Positions 38,237 to 48,090 of a stretch of 64,000 nucleotides of DNA are shown here, piece by piece. This DNA is from Planctomycetota bacterium (GTDB taxonomy: Bacteria > Planctomycetota > UBA1135 > UBA2386), in the NCBI GenBank assembly GCA_965228735.1, contig OZ245838.1, positions 864,001 through 928,000 of the forward strand, in the 5' to 3' direction. Numbering within the stretch: position 1 is the first letter of the stretch; each line of letters starts with the position of its first letter. The notes under the pieces are model-generated. The model did not search any database, was not told where the DNA came from, and saw only the letters and a list, made by a program, of their open reading frames with translations. The position numbers were made by a program, and so were the translations under genes.

Positions 38237-39433
38237 TCATCGCCGCTGCTCGATCGGCGAGTAGTTGGCCTTCACCCAGTCGGTGAACTCGCCGTCGATC
38301 GACAGCGGAGTGAGGCCGTAGACCGTCTTCAGCGCATCGCGAGTCGCGGCCTTCTTCTTGAGCAGCCGCACGAAGTCGCGCAGCTTGCCGCCGCCGTGCA
38401 CTGTCAGCAGGAAGTCGATGTAGGCGAACGCCACCGCGTGCTCTTCGAAGCTCAGTTGGTCGGTGTTCTTCTGCGAGAGCTCGGCGAACGAGACGGCCTT
38501 CCGCGCGTCGACGAGTTTGCGCACGGGCGTCCGCCAGCGGCCGCCCTTGAACGTCGTGCCGGGCGTGAGCAGCAGTTCGTCGTAGCAAAAATTGGCGCAG
38601 CGGCCGACGACCTTGTCCTCGAACCAGTGGGCCACGCCCGCGTCCACCCAGCCGTGCTTCCGATTGCCGAGCCAGATGGAGTCGGTCATGTTGCTCAGCA
38701 GCAGGTGCGTCACGTTGTGCACGATCTGGCCGTGGAGCGCGTCGTCGTCGGGGGCGTCGCGCTTGTCCTGGAAGAGGCAGAGCACGCACGGCACACCCAT
38801 GAGCTTGACCCGGTTGCCCGAGCCGCCGATGCCGGTGACCTGGGGGCAGACTCGCTGGTGGGCTTTCCGGTCGGCGAACATGAACACCTGCAGCGTGCCC
38901 GGCAGATCGCGGTCCTCGAGCTCCAACGTCGTGCGGAACAGTTCGCGCAGGTCCTCGATGCGCTGGCCGTAGAGGTGCATCAGCGCGTGGGTCGAGAGCT
39001 TCTTGCGACCGACGGTCAGCGGTTCGATCGAGAACGCGAGCTCGCAGTGCGGCGTGCGGAGGTGCAGCACGTCCTGCTTGCTCTCGGCCACGTCGTCGAC
39101 GTTCTTCGTGCGGCCGGCACGCCACTCCTGCACGAGCCGCAGGCGTTCTGCGAGCCGACCCTCGGCAGTCTCGTTCTGACATCGGCGGCAGTCGATCGTC
39201 AGCGCACCGCGGCAGGTCTTGCAGTCGACGACGAAGCTGCAGAACCGAACGATGGCGCTCGTCTCGAGTTCCCGGTCACCGCCCTTGTGCTTCTTGCAGT
39301 CGCGGACGCCCTGGTTGGCGCAGCTGCGGCAGGTCTGCGCCGCGGCTGCCGTGGCCAGAGTTACCGTGGCCAGGCCGAGGGCGACGCTCACCACGAGCAG
39401 GCGGGCGATCGAACGGAAGTCGGGTCGTGGCAT
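38237..39433 (-). CDS. Secreted Cys-rich protein with a degenerate peptidase MA-like domain
   Basis: Signal peptide, CRSC/CKKH/CKTC/CRRC motifs, and HNVTH...WVDAGVAHWFE in place of HEXXH...W..EG.A. Confidence 0.7.
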   Translation of the reverse strand: MPRPDFRSIARLLVVSVALGLATVTLATAAAAQTCRSCANQGVRDCKKHKGGDRELETSAIVRFCSFVVDCKTCRGALTIDCRRCQNETAEGRLAERLRLVQEWRAGRTKNVDDVAESKQDVLHLRTPHCELAFSIEPLTVGRKKLSTHALMHLYGQRIEDLRELFRTTLELEDRDLPGTLQVFMFADRKAHQRVCPQVTGIGGSGNRVKLMGVPCVLCLFQDKRDAPDDDALHGQIVHNVTHLLLSNMTDSIWLGNRKHGWVDAGVAHWFEDKVVGRCANFCYDELLLTPGTTFKGGRWRTPVRKLVDARKAVSFAELSQKNTDQLSFEEHAVAFAYIDFLLTVHGGGKLRDFVRLLKKKAATRDALKTVYGLTPLSIDGEFTDWVKANYSPIEQRR

Positions 39434-39636
39434 CGGCGGCCCACGATACGGCCAGCGCTCTGCAGAGTCGCACCGCCAGCGAGCAGCAGCGTGCGAGAGA
39501 GCACGTCATCGTGTTCGACTTCAGTTCCTCCTCGGATGGTCCCGAAGGAGGGCCGCGTCGCGCGCAACAGCGGATGGCGCACGGCGAACCGGAACGCGGC
39601 GCGAGCGCAAGTCAGCGCCGGCTCGTTCGATGCCGG

Positions 39637-40158
39637 CTACGGCCGCGGTGGGCGGTCGGCGTTCGGCTCGCCGGAGCCGTTCGGCTCGCTGGGGGCGCTC
39701 GCCGGTCTCGAACCGCTCGCCGGCCTGCTGTCCGGTCTGGGGCTGTCCGGTCTGGGGCTATCCGGTCTGGGGCTGTCCGGTCTCGGGCTTGCCGATCTGG
39801 GGCTGCTGGCCGATCTGGGGCTGCTCGCCGGTCTGGGATTGCTGGCCGGTCTACTGCTGGCCGGTCTGGGGCCGCGCTGGTCTTTCGCTGGCTCGTCCAC
39901 GGCCTGGGCGGCGGCGCGTTCGCGGCGTTCGCGGCGCTCGGCGTCGGTCGGGAATTCCTGGAAGGCCTCGGGCTGCAGGGTCGCCGGGTCGATCGTCTCC
40001 GGCATGCCTTCGGTCGGATCGGGGATGTCCCCGTCCTTCACTGCTTTCTTGTAGGCGTTGCGCTCGCGGCGCGCGGCCGCCTTGGCCTGCTTCTTGAGTT
40101 GCTTGTCGCGTTCACGACGACGCTTCTCGAACGTTTGCGGGGTGCTGTTCCGTGCGAT
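39637..40158 (-). CDS. Small basic protein with a repetitive C-terminus; probable ATC start
   Basis: The frame is open 39 codons upstream of the tracked GTG (40041), reading IARNSTPQTFEKRRRERDKQLKKQAK. A GGAG SD lies 7 nt before ATC at 40158. Confidence 0.7.
   Translation of the reverse strand: MARNSTPQTFEKRRRERDKQLKKQAKAAARRERNAYKKAVKDGDIPDPTEGMPETIDPATLQPEAFQEFPTDAERRERRERAAAQAVDEPAKDQRGPRPASSRPASNPRPASSPRSASSPRSASPRPDSPRPDSPRPDSPRPDSRPASGSRPASAPSEPNGSGEPNADRPPRP
39727..39871. repeat. 15-bp/18-bp tandem repeat (PDSPR / PASSPR units on the minus strand)
   Basis: GCTGTCCGGTCTGGG-like unit x5, then 18-bp variants. Confidence 0.85.
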
Positions 40159-40485
40159 GGTACTGCTCCAAAGATGGTTACGGAGTCGGGCCGGGCGCTG
40201 GCCGGCGAGTCGGCTCCCGAAGTTGCTGTCCCGGCTCGAGACGCTTCGAACGGACAGCTCGGATTCATCGAGTTAAGGCTCATCGAGCCCGGGGGGCGAG
40301 AAGTATAGCCCAAATCCGAGGCAATTGCTCGTGCTCGAGCGGAAGCGCTCGCTCATTCCGAGCCGAACCGGCCGCGAAACTGGCCTTTCGGCCACCTTGG
40401 ACTACCCTTCCGCAAGCGCGCTACGGCCCGGCGGTTGGTCCGAGTTGGTTACGGGGCGGTTCTCGTGCGCTAACGCACTCGCTGC

Positions 40486-41469
40486 ATGATCACGGTCACC
40501 GATCTCACGAAACGCTTCGGCCAGACCCTGGCGGTCGATCGTCTCTCGTTTGCGGTCGAGCCGGGTGAGGTCGTCGGCTTTCTGGGGCCCAACGGCGCCG
40601 GCAAGACGACGACGATCCGCGTGCTCGCCGGTTATCACCCCGCGACCTCGGGAACGGCGTCCGTCGCCGGGTTCGACGTCAGCAAGGACTCGCTGCAGGT
40701 GCGGCAGAACATCGGGTATCTGCCCGAGAACGTGCCGATCTACCCCGAGCTGCGGGTCGTCGAGTACCTGCGGTATCGCGCCGCGCTCAAGGGCGTGCCG
40801 GCGCGGCAACGCAAGGTCGCCGTCGAGCGTGCGATGCTCAAGGCGGGCGTCGACGACGTGCGTCGCAAGCTCGTCGGCAACGTCTCGCGCGGCTACCGCC
40901 AGCGCGTCGGGCTCGCGGACGCGCTCGTCAGCAGCCCGAAGGTGCTGATTCTCGACGAGCCGACGTCCGGCCTCGACCCGAACCAGCGGCGCCGCATCAA
41001 GGAGGTCGTGCGCGAGCTGGCCCAGGAGCACACGGTCCTGTTCAGCAGCCACATCCTCGCCGAGGTGCAGGACGTCGCGTCGCGCATCCTCGTGATCCAT
41101 CGCGGCACGCTGCGCGCGGACGGGCGGCCCGACGAGCTCGTGAGCAGCAGCGTCGGGCGCCGGCTCGTCGTGCGGGCGGTGTGCGATGCGGAGAAGCTGC
41201 GCGAACTGCTGATGAACCTGCCGGGCGTCGAACCCGCGGTGGTCGAATCGGCTGCCGACGGGGTGGTCGCGGCGCGGTGCGAGCTCGCGGCGGGTTCCGA
41301 CCCGAGCGCCGAGGTCGGTCAGCGGTTCGCCGCGGCGGCCGTGCCGCTCGTGCAGCTGGGCATCGACGTGCCGAGCCTCGAGGAGTACTTCCAGCTCATG
41401 ACGGAGGGCGCGGATCGCGACGCGGAAGCCGCGGCCACCGCGGCCACCGCCGAGGGGGACGCGGCATGA
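40486..41469 (+). CDS. ABC transporter ATP-binding protein (GldA-like)
   Basis: GPNGAGKTT, SRGYRQRVGLA, ILDEPTSGLDP, SSHIL. Confidence 0.92.
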   Translation: MITVTDLTKRFGQTLAVDRLSFAVEPGEVVGFLGPNGAGKTTTIRVLAGYHPATSGTASVAGFDVSKDSLQVRQNIGYLPENVPIYPELRVVEYLRYRAALKGVPARQRKVAVERAMLKAGVDDVRRKLVGNVSRGYRQRVGLADALVSSPKVLILDEPTSGLDPNQRRRIKEVVRELAQEHTVLFSSHILAEVQDVASRILVIHRGTLRADGRPDELVSSSVGRRLVVRAVCDAEKLRELLMNLPGVEPAVVESAADGVVAARCELAAGSDPSAEVGQRFAAAAVPLVQLGIDVPSLEEYFQLMTEGADRDAEAAATAATAEGDAA

Positions 41470-42233
41470 ACGGCGCCCTCGTGACGTTCAAGAAGGAGCT
41501 GCTGAGCTACCTCGTCAGTCCGGTGAGCTGGATCATCGCGGTCGTGTTCTACCTGTGGCGCGGCTACGAGATCTCGGAGCGCGTCTTCCGGTTCGCGGTG
41601 GCGAGCGGCGACCCCGATGTGTTCGTGACCTCGACCTACAACCTCACGAGCACGCTCTGGATGGTGATCCTCGTGCCGGGCGTGCTCACGATGCGCTGCT
41701 TCGCCGAAGAACGTCGCACGGGCTCGATGGAGATGCTGATGACGGCGCCCGTCCGCGACGGCGGCGTCGTGCTCGGCAAGTGGGGCGCGGCGGCGGCGTT
41801 CTATGGTCTGCTGTGGCTGCCGACCGCGCTGCTCCTGCACGTGCTGGAGTACGACGCGTTCCTCGGCACGGACCTGTCGTTCGGGCCCGTGTTCGCGGCG
41901 TACCTCGGCATGTCCCTGCTGAGCGCGATGCTGCTCGCGTTCGGGTGCTTCGCCAGCAGCCTGACGGACAACGTGCTGCTCGCGGCCCTGCTGACGATCA
42001 TGTTCAGCTTCGGGATCCTCACCGTGCCAGGCCGGTTGCGGGTCGAGCTCGGGGAGCTGATGCAGAACTACTACGTCGACGAACTCGTCACGAAGCTCGA
42101 TTGGCAGCGCGCCTTCGGAGAGTTTTTCTCCCGCGGACTCATCGATACGAGTCAGGTGATGTTCTACCTCGGCGGCGTCGCGTTCTTCCTGTTCCTCACG
42201 ACGGTGAGCGTCGCCTCGCGGAGGGTGGGATGA
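41466..42233 (+). CDS. ABC-2 permease (GldF-like)
   Basis: KKELLSY..SP, LTMRCFAEERRTGSMEML.TAP, VLGKW and hydrophobic segments. Confidence 0.88.
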   Translation: MNGALVTFKKELLSYLVSPVSWIIAVVFYLWRGYEISERVFRFAVASGDPDVFVTSTYNLTSTLWMVILVPGVLTMRCFAEERRTGSMEMLMTAPVRDGGVVLGKWGAAAAFYGLLWLPTALLLHVLEYDAFLGTDLSFGPVFAAYLGMSLLSAMLLAFGCFASSLTDNVLLAALLTIMFSFGILTVPGRLRVELGELMQNYYVDELVTKLDWQRAFGEFFSRGLIDTSQVMFYLGGVAFFLFLTTVSVASRRVG

Positions 42234-43852
42234 AGCTGTCGCGCGTGACCGGCCTCGGCAATCTGCTGATCGCCGCGCTGCTGATGCTGGCGGTTTGGGT
42301 GCTCGTGATCTTCGTGAGTGCGCGCCCGGCGCTGCGATCGTTGATCGATCTCACCCCGCACCAGGTCAACTCGGTCGACGAGGTGACGGTCGAGCTGCTC
42401 GACGCGCTGCGGGCCGAGGACATCAAGGTCGAGTTCCACCTGTTCTTTCCCGGGGTCGCCGGGCGGGGGCAGACGGTCGAGCAGGAGCAGCAGCTCGCGA
42501 TCATTCGCCGGCTGCAAGAACTCACGCGGGTGCTCGCGAATCGCTACCGCGCGCTCGGTGGTGAGCACGTGACCGTGATCGAGCACGACCTGCGGCAGAA
42601 CCTCGACGCGACGCGCGAGGCGGCGCAGGCGTTCGGCTACGAGCCGCCGCAGAGCGAGGTCGTCGTGACCGTGACGCGGCCGGGCCGTGAGCGGCGCTGG
42701 CGCAAGCTGTCGCTGACCCAGGATCTCGCGCTGCTCGATCTGCCGCGCCAGGCGCAGCCGGGGCCGCGGGCGACGGTGCCGGTGCTGAAGAAGTTCCTCG
42801 GGGAAGAGGCGCTCAGCACGGCGATCAAGTCGTTGCTCGTGCAGGGCACGCCGGTCGTCTACCTGTGGGGGGCGAACTCCCCGGATCTCAACTGGTCGAA
42901 CGCGAGCGTCGGCACGGGCTACGGCCTGTTGGCCGACGGGCTCGCGAAGCTCGGCTTCGACGTCAAGCTGCTGCCGCGGCAGGGGGTCATCCCGCGCGAT
43001 GCATCGATCGTGTTCGTGCCCGAACCGCGGATGCCGTTCAGTGAACGCGACGCGACGACGCTGTTCGAATTCGTGCGCGGCGGCGGCCGGTTGTTCCTCA
43101 ACTACAACTGGTCCCCGCAGGCGAGCTGGAACCCGGGCGCCGGCAAGCTGGGGGAACTGTTCGGCTACGAGATCGGGCAGGCGCGGATCCACCACCTGAT
43201 CCGCGACAGCAGCAACCGCACCGGTGGCCGCGGCCTCGACGGTGATCCCGCCGTGGCCAAGCTCGAACTGGCGATCGATCCAACGCACCCGGTCACGCGC
43301 AAACTCGGGGCTCGCGCCCTCGAGGTCGCCAACGCGCGGCCGCTCGAACTGCTGTCGTCGCCCGACGGGGTCGAGACCACGTCGATCCTCGCGTCCGGTG
43401 ACAAAGGCTGGCTGGCCCGGATCCAGAACGGCTACCCGGTGCTCGAGGCGCCGCAAGGCGTGAAGCTGCGGCAGTTCCTCGTCGGAGTCGCGATGACGGT
43501 GGCGCCCCCGAAGAACGGTGGCGACGACCGGGCCGGTGACGACGAGCAGGTCGATGGCGCGGGCGCCGGTGCCGGCGCCGGATCCGAGTCCGACGGCCGC
43601 GCGGTCATCGTCTCGGGTGAGTTCTGCAACAACCTCGGGATGCCGCTCTACAGCGACCTCGCGTTCAACATCTTCAACTGGCTCGCGGAGCGCGAGGTCA
43701 TGCTCAACCTGCAGACCAAGCAGTACCAGCCACGCCAGATGGAGGTGCAGCCGCAGCAGGTCGCGCGGGTGTTCTACCTGCTGTTCTACACGGTGCCGGT
43801 GGTGTTCCTGCTCGGTGGGATCGCCGTCTTCTTCGTGCGCCGGAGACACTGA
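42230..43852 (+). CDS. GldG-like ABC auxiliary component
   Basis: N- and C-terminal TM segments, DLT, F.GEEAL.TAI, P...F...D, GGRL, FNWL. Position in the operon fits. Confidence 0.75.
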   Translation: MKLSRVTGLGNLLIAALLMLAVWVLVIFVSARPALRSLIDLTPHQVNSVDEVTVELLDALRAEDIKVEFHLFFPGVAGRGQTVEQEQQLAIIRRLQELTRVLANRYRALGGEHVTVIEHDLRQNLDATREAAQAFGYEPPQSEVVVTVTRPGRERRWRKLSLTQDLALLDLPRQAQPGPRATVPVLKKFLGEEALSTAIKSLLVQGTPVVYLWGANSPDLNWSNASVGTGYGLLADGLAKLGFDVKLLPRQGVIPRDASIVFVPEPRMPFSERDATTLFEFVRGGGRLFLNYNWSPQASWNPGAGKLGELFGYEIGQARIHHLIRDSSNRTGGRGLDGDPAVAKLELAIDPTHPVTRKLGARALEVANARPLELLSSPDGVETTSILASGDKGWLARIQNGYPVLEAPQGVKLRQFLVGVAMTVAPPKNGGDDRAGDDEQVDGAGAGAGAGSESDGRAVIVSGEFCNNLGMPLYSDLAFNIFNWLAEREVMLNLQTKQYQPRQMEVQPQQVARVFYLLFYTVPVVFLLGGIAVFFVRRRH

Positions 43853-45660
43853 TGAAGTCCAAGAAGACCCTGCTCATCCTCGTGCTCGTCGTGGGCGCGC
43901 TCTACGGCGTGCTGCACTTCACGTCCGAGAAACCGCCGGTCGAGGACAGCGCCGAGATCAGCGCGCTCGACGGGCGGTCGCTGCGGGAGTGCAAGTTCTT
44001 CCGCTGGCAGTTCAAGAACCCGAGCGAGACGCCGTTCGAGATCGCGCGGCTCCCGGACGGCTCGTTCCAGCTCAGCGAACCGCTGGTCGACCGGGCGTCG
44101 AGCGCATACGTGCGCCAGATCATCAATGCGTGGGACAGCGCCAACCTGCTGGCGACCGACTACAAGAACGAGGCCGATGACAACAAGGAGACCGGGCTCG
44201 ATCTGCCGGTCATGACGTTCGCCGCCGAATGGCCGGACGGTCATCGCATCGAGTACGAGATCGGCAAGCCCGGACCGCTCGGCGAGGATCGGTTCCTGTT
44301 GCGTGACGGACTCGTCTGGAGCGGTGGCCAGGGGCTCTACGAGAGCATGCGCGTCAACCTCGGGGACCTGCGCGACCGGCAGGTGTTCCAGGGGCGCGAG
44401 GTCACGTGCCGGTCGCTGCGGATCACCGGCAACACGACTTCGACGGGGAAGCGCGAGGAGATCGCGCTCGGACGGGTCGACAACGAGTGGTGGCTGAAGG
44501 CGCCGGTCGACGGCCGCGCCGACCCCCGGATCGCCAAGCAGTTCGTCACCGCCGTCCTGGCGTTGCGCGCGGACACGTTCCTGCCCGGGATGATCCGCAT
44601 TCCCGAGCGCGAACCGGACGTCGTCGTGGTGGCCGCGAGCAGCCGGGGCGAGGAACGGCTCGAGATGTGGATCGAGAACGGGGCGGCTTTCGGGCAGCTG
44701 CCGGGGCGCGACAGCTGGTTCCAATGCGAACCGCGCACGTTCGAGGCCGTGTTCGACAACGCCGCCGACCGGCTGCGCGCGCGCATCCTGCTCGCGATCG
44801 ATGACATCGCGGCGAGCGTCGCCGGGATCGTGATGGATCCGGGGCAGGGTCGCGGCGATCGGGTGCACCTCGTGCGCGACTCGGTCGCGTCGGACTGGCG
44901 CCTCACGGAGCCGGTGGAGTACGCGGTCCACGCGACTCGTGCAGCCGAGACCGTGCAGGCGATCAACAACCTGCGCGCCGTCGAGTTCATCGACGACGTG
45001 GACGTCGACGACGAGCGGGCCGGGCTCGGGCCGGGGCGGCTCACGCTGTCCGTGCGCGAGTTCGAGCAGCGTGCAGCGCTGACGCTCTGGCTCGGCAACG
45101 AGGTCGAGCGGCCCAACGGTCGGTTCCGCTACGCGTGCCGCGCGGACGAGCCGGGCACGATCGTGCTCGTGCCGTCGCCGCCCGTCGAACGGCTGCGCCG
45201 GACGTGGCCGGAGTACTGCATCCGTGACGTGCTCAAGGTGACCGTGCCGATCGGCCAGGTCGAGATCGTGCGGCCGGCCGTCGAGGGTGGCGAGGAAACG
45301 CTGCTCTACGAGTTTGCCCGCGATCCGGATGCGCCGCGCCGCTGGCTGCTCGAGGGTGAGCTCGAACGGACCGAGGCCGAACTGCGCGAGATCGGTGAGT
45401 TCTTCACGGACGTGCTGGTCGACCTCGTCGGCAAGCAGGTGGTCGATCTGCGCACGGGCGACACCGGCGGCCGGGGCGATGAGTTCGGCGCGCCCGACTA
45501 CCTGCTCAAGGTGTGCCGCCGCGGTGGCGACGTCTTGCAGACCGTGCGGATCTGGGACCGCGACGGCAGCCCGGTCGTGATGCAGCCGACGGCGCGCGCG
45601 AACGTCGGCTTCGAGGTCGGCGTGACCGCGAGTCGGCAGCTGCGGATGCTCTGGAAGTGA
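43852..45660 (+). CDS. DUF4340-domain protein
   Basis: N-terminal anchor and repeated W.L..PV...A, GL and LRDR.VF motifs. It follows the GldG-like gene. Confidence 0.7.
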   Translation: MKSKKTLLILVLVVGALYGVLHFTSEKPPVEDSAEISALDGRSLRECKFFRWQFKNPSETPFEIARLPDGSFQLSEPLVDRASSAYVRQIINAWDSANLLATDYKNEADDNKETGLDLPVMTFAAEWPDGHRIEYEIGKPGPLGEDRFLLRDGLVWSGGQGLYESMRVNLGDLRDRQVFQGREVTCRSLRITGNTTSTGKREEIALGRVDNEWWLKAPVDGRADPRIAKQFVTAVLALRADTFLPGMIRIPEREPDVVVVAASSRGEERLEMWIENGAAFGQLPGRDSWFQCEPRTFEAVFDNAADRLRARILLAIDDIAASVAGIVMDPGQGRGDRVHLVRDSVASDWRLTEPVEYAVHATRAAETVQAINNLRAVEFIDDVDVDDERAGLGPGRLTLSVREFEQRAALTLWLGNEVERPNGRFRYACRADEPGTIVLVPSPPVERLRRTWPEYCIRDVLKVTVPIGQVEIVRPAVEGGEETLLYEFARDPDAPRRWLLEGELERTEAELREIGEFFTDVLVDLVGKQVVDLRTGDTGGRGDEFGAPDYLLKVCRRGGDVLQTVRIWDRDGSPVVMQPTARANVGFEVGVTASRQLRMLWK

Positions 45661-45686
45661 TCTGAGTCCGCCTTAACCTGCGGGGC

Positions 45687-46202
45687 ATGGCCGCCCGCAA
45701 GAAGCCTGCGCAGAAGATCGCCAGCAAGCAGCGCCGCTACTGGTTGTTCAAGTCCGAGCCCGACGCCTACAGCTTCGAACAGCTGCAGGCCGACAAGCGC
45801 ACGTTCTGGCACGGGGTGCGCAACTACCAGGCGCGCAACCTGCTGCGCGACGACATCCAGGTCGGCGACGGCGTGCTCTTCTATCATAGCAACGCCAAGC
45901 CGATGGCGATCGTCGGCATCGCCAAGGTGGTCAAGGCGGGGTATCCGGACCACACGGCGTTCGAGCCCGATCACGACTATTACGACCCGAAGTCGGACCC
46001 GAGCGACCCGACGTGGTTCATGGTCGACATCGCGCCCGTCGCTCGGATGCGCGAGCCGCTCACGCGCGACCAGCTGAAGGAGCAGGATGCGCTCGCCGAC
46101 ATGATGCTGCTGCAACGCGGCAGCCGGCTGTCCGTGCAGCCCGTGACGAGGGCGGAGTGGCAGGCGATCCTGAAGCTCGGTGGGCCGAGGGAGAACTGGT
46201 GA
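45687..46202 (+). CDS. EVE-domain protein
   Basis: YWLFKSEP, W.GVRNYQARN, FYHSN, YYDPKS, RLSVQPV. Confidence 0.92.
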   Translation: MAARKKPAQKIASKQRRYWLFKSEPDAYSFEQLQADKRTFWHGVRNYQARNLLRDDIQVGDGVLFYHSNAKPMAIVGIAKVVKAGYPDHTAFEPDHDYYDPKSDPSDPTWFMVDIAPVARMREPLTRDQLKEQDALADMMLLQRGSRLSVQPVTRAEWQAILKLGGPRENW

Positions 46203-47098
46203 GTTCGCCATACGCAACGCTCGCGATGCTCACGTGTGTCGCCGTCGCGGCGTGCGGGGACGCGGAGGCGCAGCCCGTGGACTTCCGGGCGCCCGTGGCG
46301 GTGATCCACGACGCGGATGCCGACGTCTACCTCGTGAGCTGCGCCGGCGGGTCGTGGCAGAGCCCCGACGGGTCGTCGCAGAGCTCCGACGAGTTCGGTT
46401 TCATCGCGCGGGTCGAGGCCGCGACGATCCCCGGTGCGAAGCCGAAGGGTTCGAAGTGGATTGCCAGCAGCCGTGATGGCGTCCGGTTGCGGCAACCCGG
46501 GGGGCTCGCACTCCATGGCGACGTGCTGTGGGTCACGGACGGCGATGTCGTGCGCCGGTTCGACCGGGTGTCGGGCGAGCCGCGCGGCGAGATCGCGGTG
46601 CCGAGAGCCGCGCAGCTGCATGACTGCGCCGCTTCGGAGGACGGGGCGCTGTGGATCAGCGGTGAGCTGCAGCTCGAAGGACCTTCGACCGCGGGGGCGA
46701 TCTGGCGCCTCGAGCCGGGCAGTCCGACTCCGGCCGTCGTCGCGCAGGGCCCGGAGCTGGGGCAGCCGACGGCGCTCGTCGCGCGGTCGGCCGCCGTCTA
46801 CGCCGTCGGTTCGGAATCGGGCGAGTTCTACGAGCTCGACGCGTCGGGGCGGCGGACAGTGATCGGGCGCGCGCCGACGGTGCAGCTCACGGGGCTCGCG
46901 CGGTTCGACGGCGCGTACTTCGCGATGAGCGCCGAGGGGGCTTGCGTCTACCGCTTCGACGTCATGGGCAGTGTCGTTGCCTTGCCGGGGCGGTTCGATT
47001 CGCCGGGCAACGGCGCCGTGGATGCCGCGCGCCGCCGTCTCGTCGTGCCGCGGCGCGCCGGCAACACGCTCGCGGTCGTCGAACTCGGCCCGCGTTGA
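46199..47098 (+). CDS. Lipoprotein, SMP-30/gluconolactonase-like beta-propeller
   Basis: GTG overlaps the EVE stop. Lipobox VAAC and propeller-like repeats (GFIARV, L..P.GLAL.GD.LWVTD). Confidence 0.6.
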   Translation: MSSPYATLAMLTCVAVAACGDAEAQPVDFRAPVAVIHDADADVYLVSCAGGSWQSPDGSSQSSDEFGFIARVEAATIPGAKPKGSKWIASSRDGVRLRQPGGLALHGDVLWVTDGDVVRRFDRVSGEPRGEIAVPRAAQLHDCAASEDGALWISGELQLEGPSTAGAIWRLEPGSPTPAVVAQGPELGQPTALVARSAAVYAVGSESGEFYELDASGRRTVIGRAPTVQLTGLARFDGAYFAMSAEGACVYRFDVMGSVVALPGRFDSPGNGAVDAARRRLVVPRRAGNTLAVVELGPR

Positions 47099-47132
47099 AG
47101 GATCGTTCGTCGGCCCCTAGACTGGTCAGGGA

Positions 47133-47444
47133 ATGATCGCGTTCGGCGGCAAGACCAAGACGAAGACCAAGCCCAAGACGGACAGCGCGACGAAGCCGAA
47201 GTCGGCGGTCGCGCCGCCCTGGAACGTCATCGTCAAGGACGACCCGGTGACGCTGATGAGCTACGTCACCAAGGTCTTCGTCAAGGTCTTTGGCTACTCG
47301 GAGAGCAAGGCCGAGCGCCTCATGATGGAAGTGCATCAGAAGGGCCGGTCGATCGTGTGGTCCGGGGCGCGTGAGCAGGCCGAGGTCTACGCCCAGAAGC
47401 TGCAGGCGCACCATCTGCTCGCGACGATCGACGTGGCGCCATGA
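47133..47444 (+). CDS. clpS: ATP-dependent Clp protease adaptor ClpS
   Basis: PWNVIV.DDPVTLMSYV, LMMEVHQKG, E.AE.Y..KL...L.ATI. Confidence 0.9.
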   Translation: MIAFGGKTKTKTKPKTDSATKPKSAVAPPWNVIVKDDPVTLMSYVTKVFVKVFGYSESKAERLMMEVHQKGRSIVWSGAREQAEVYAQKLQAHHLLATIDVAP

Positions 47445-48076
47445 CGCGCGCGCCCGATGATGCCCCCCCGGATGCGGACCCCCCAGAAGATGATCCCCTG
47501 GATGAGGGCCCGCTCGATGGAGAGCCCCGGGGTGAGGAGCCACGTCAACCCATGCTGGGGCCGTTCGCGCTGCGCGTGGACGAGGGCTACCTGTTCCTCG
47601 GCTTGTCCGACCTCGCGCTGCAGTCGCTCAAGGGCGTGCCGATGCTGCTCGAGAGCACGGACGAACGGGTGCGGAAGCGCCTCCTGCCGGAGACGTGTGA
47701 CGACCCGGAGGACGAGGCGCACTGGCGCGAGCACGCGACGCCCGAACTCGAACGGCTGTTCATGTCGCGGTCGCAGCTCGTGCAGCGCGACCTCGACAAG
47801 ATGACGAACTCACCGGAGTTCGGCGGCGGCGTCCTGCTCATTCCCGACGAGCACAGCAGCGCGTGGCTCGCGGCGCTCAACGCGGCGCGCCTGGCGCTGT
47901 TCGCGCTCAACGATCTGGAAGCCCATCACATGACCGACGAGGGCATCGAGGAGCTGCGGCCGAAGCAGATCGAAGCCCTCCAGCGGATCGACTTCCTCGC
48001 GATGATCCAGAGCGTGCTGCTCGGCGACTTCGAGCCCGAGGACTCGGGCTCGGTGGACGACTACGACCTCGACTGA
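47441..48076 (+). CDS. DUF2017-family protein
   Basis: RLLP...D..D...WR.....EL and AWL.ALN.ARL motifs. Translationally coupled to clpS. Confidence 0.7.
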   Translation: MTRAPDDAPPDADPPEDDPLDEGPLDGEPRGEEPRQPMLGPFALRVDEGYLFLGLSDLALQSLKGVPMLLESTDERVRKRLLPETCDDPEDEAHWREHATPELERLFMSRSQLVQRDLDKMTNSPEFGGGVLLIPDEHSSAWLAALNAARLALFALNDLEAHHMTDEGIEELRPKQIEALQRIDFLAMIQSVLLGDFEPEDSGSVDDYDLD

Positions 48077-48090
48077 GGCCGCACCCAACG

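Noticed and set aside
39727..39871. Tandem repeats as a CRISPR array
   Set aside because: The units are contiguous 15/18-mers without unique spacers, lie in frame within a CDS, and no cas genes are present.
40486..45660. GldAFG-like ABC operon as evidence of gliding motility or T9SS
   Set aside because: This ABC plus DUF4340 cassette is widespread in non-gliding bacteria, and no gldK-N or spr genes are in the window.
45687..46202. EVE protein as part of a modification-dependent defence system
   Set aside because: It is a stand-alone EVE protein with no adjacent nuclease, methylase or toxin.
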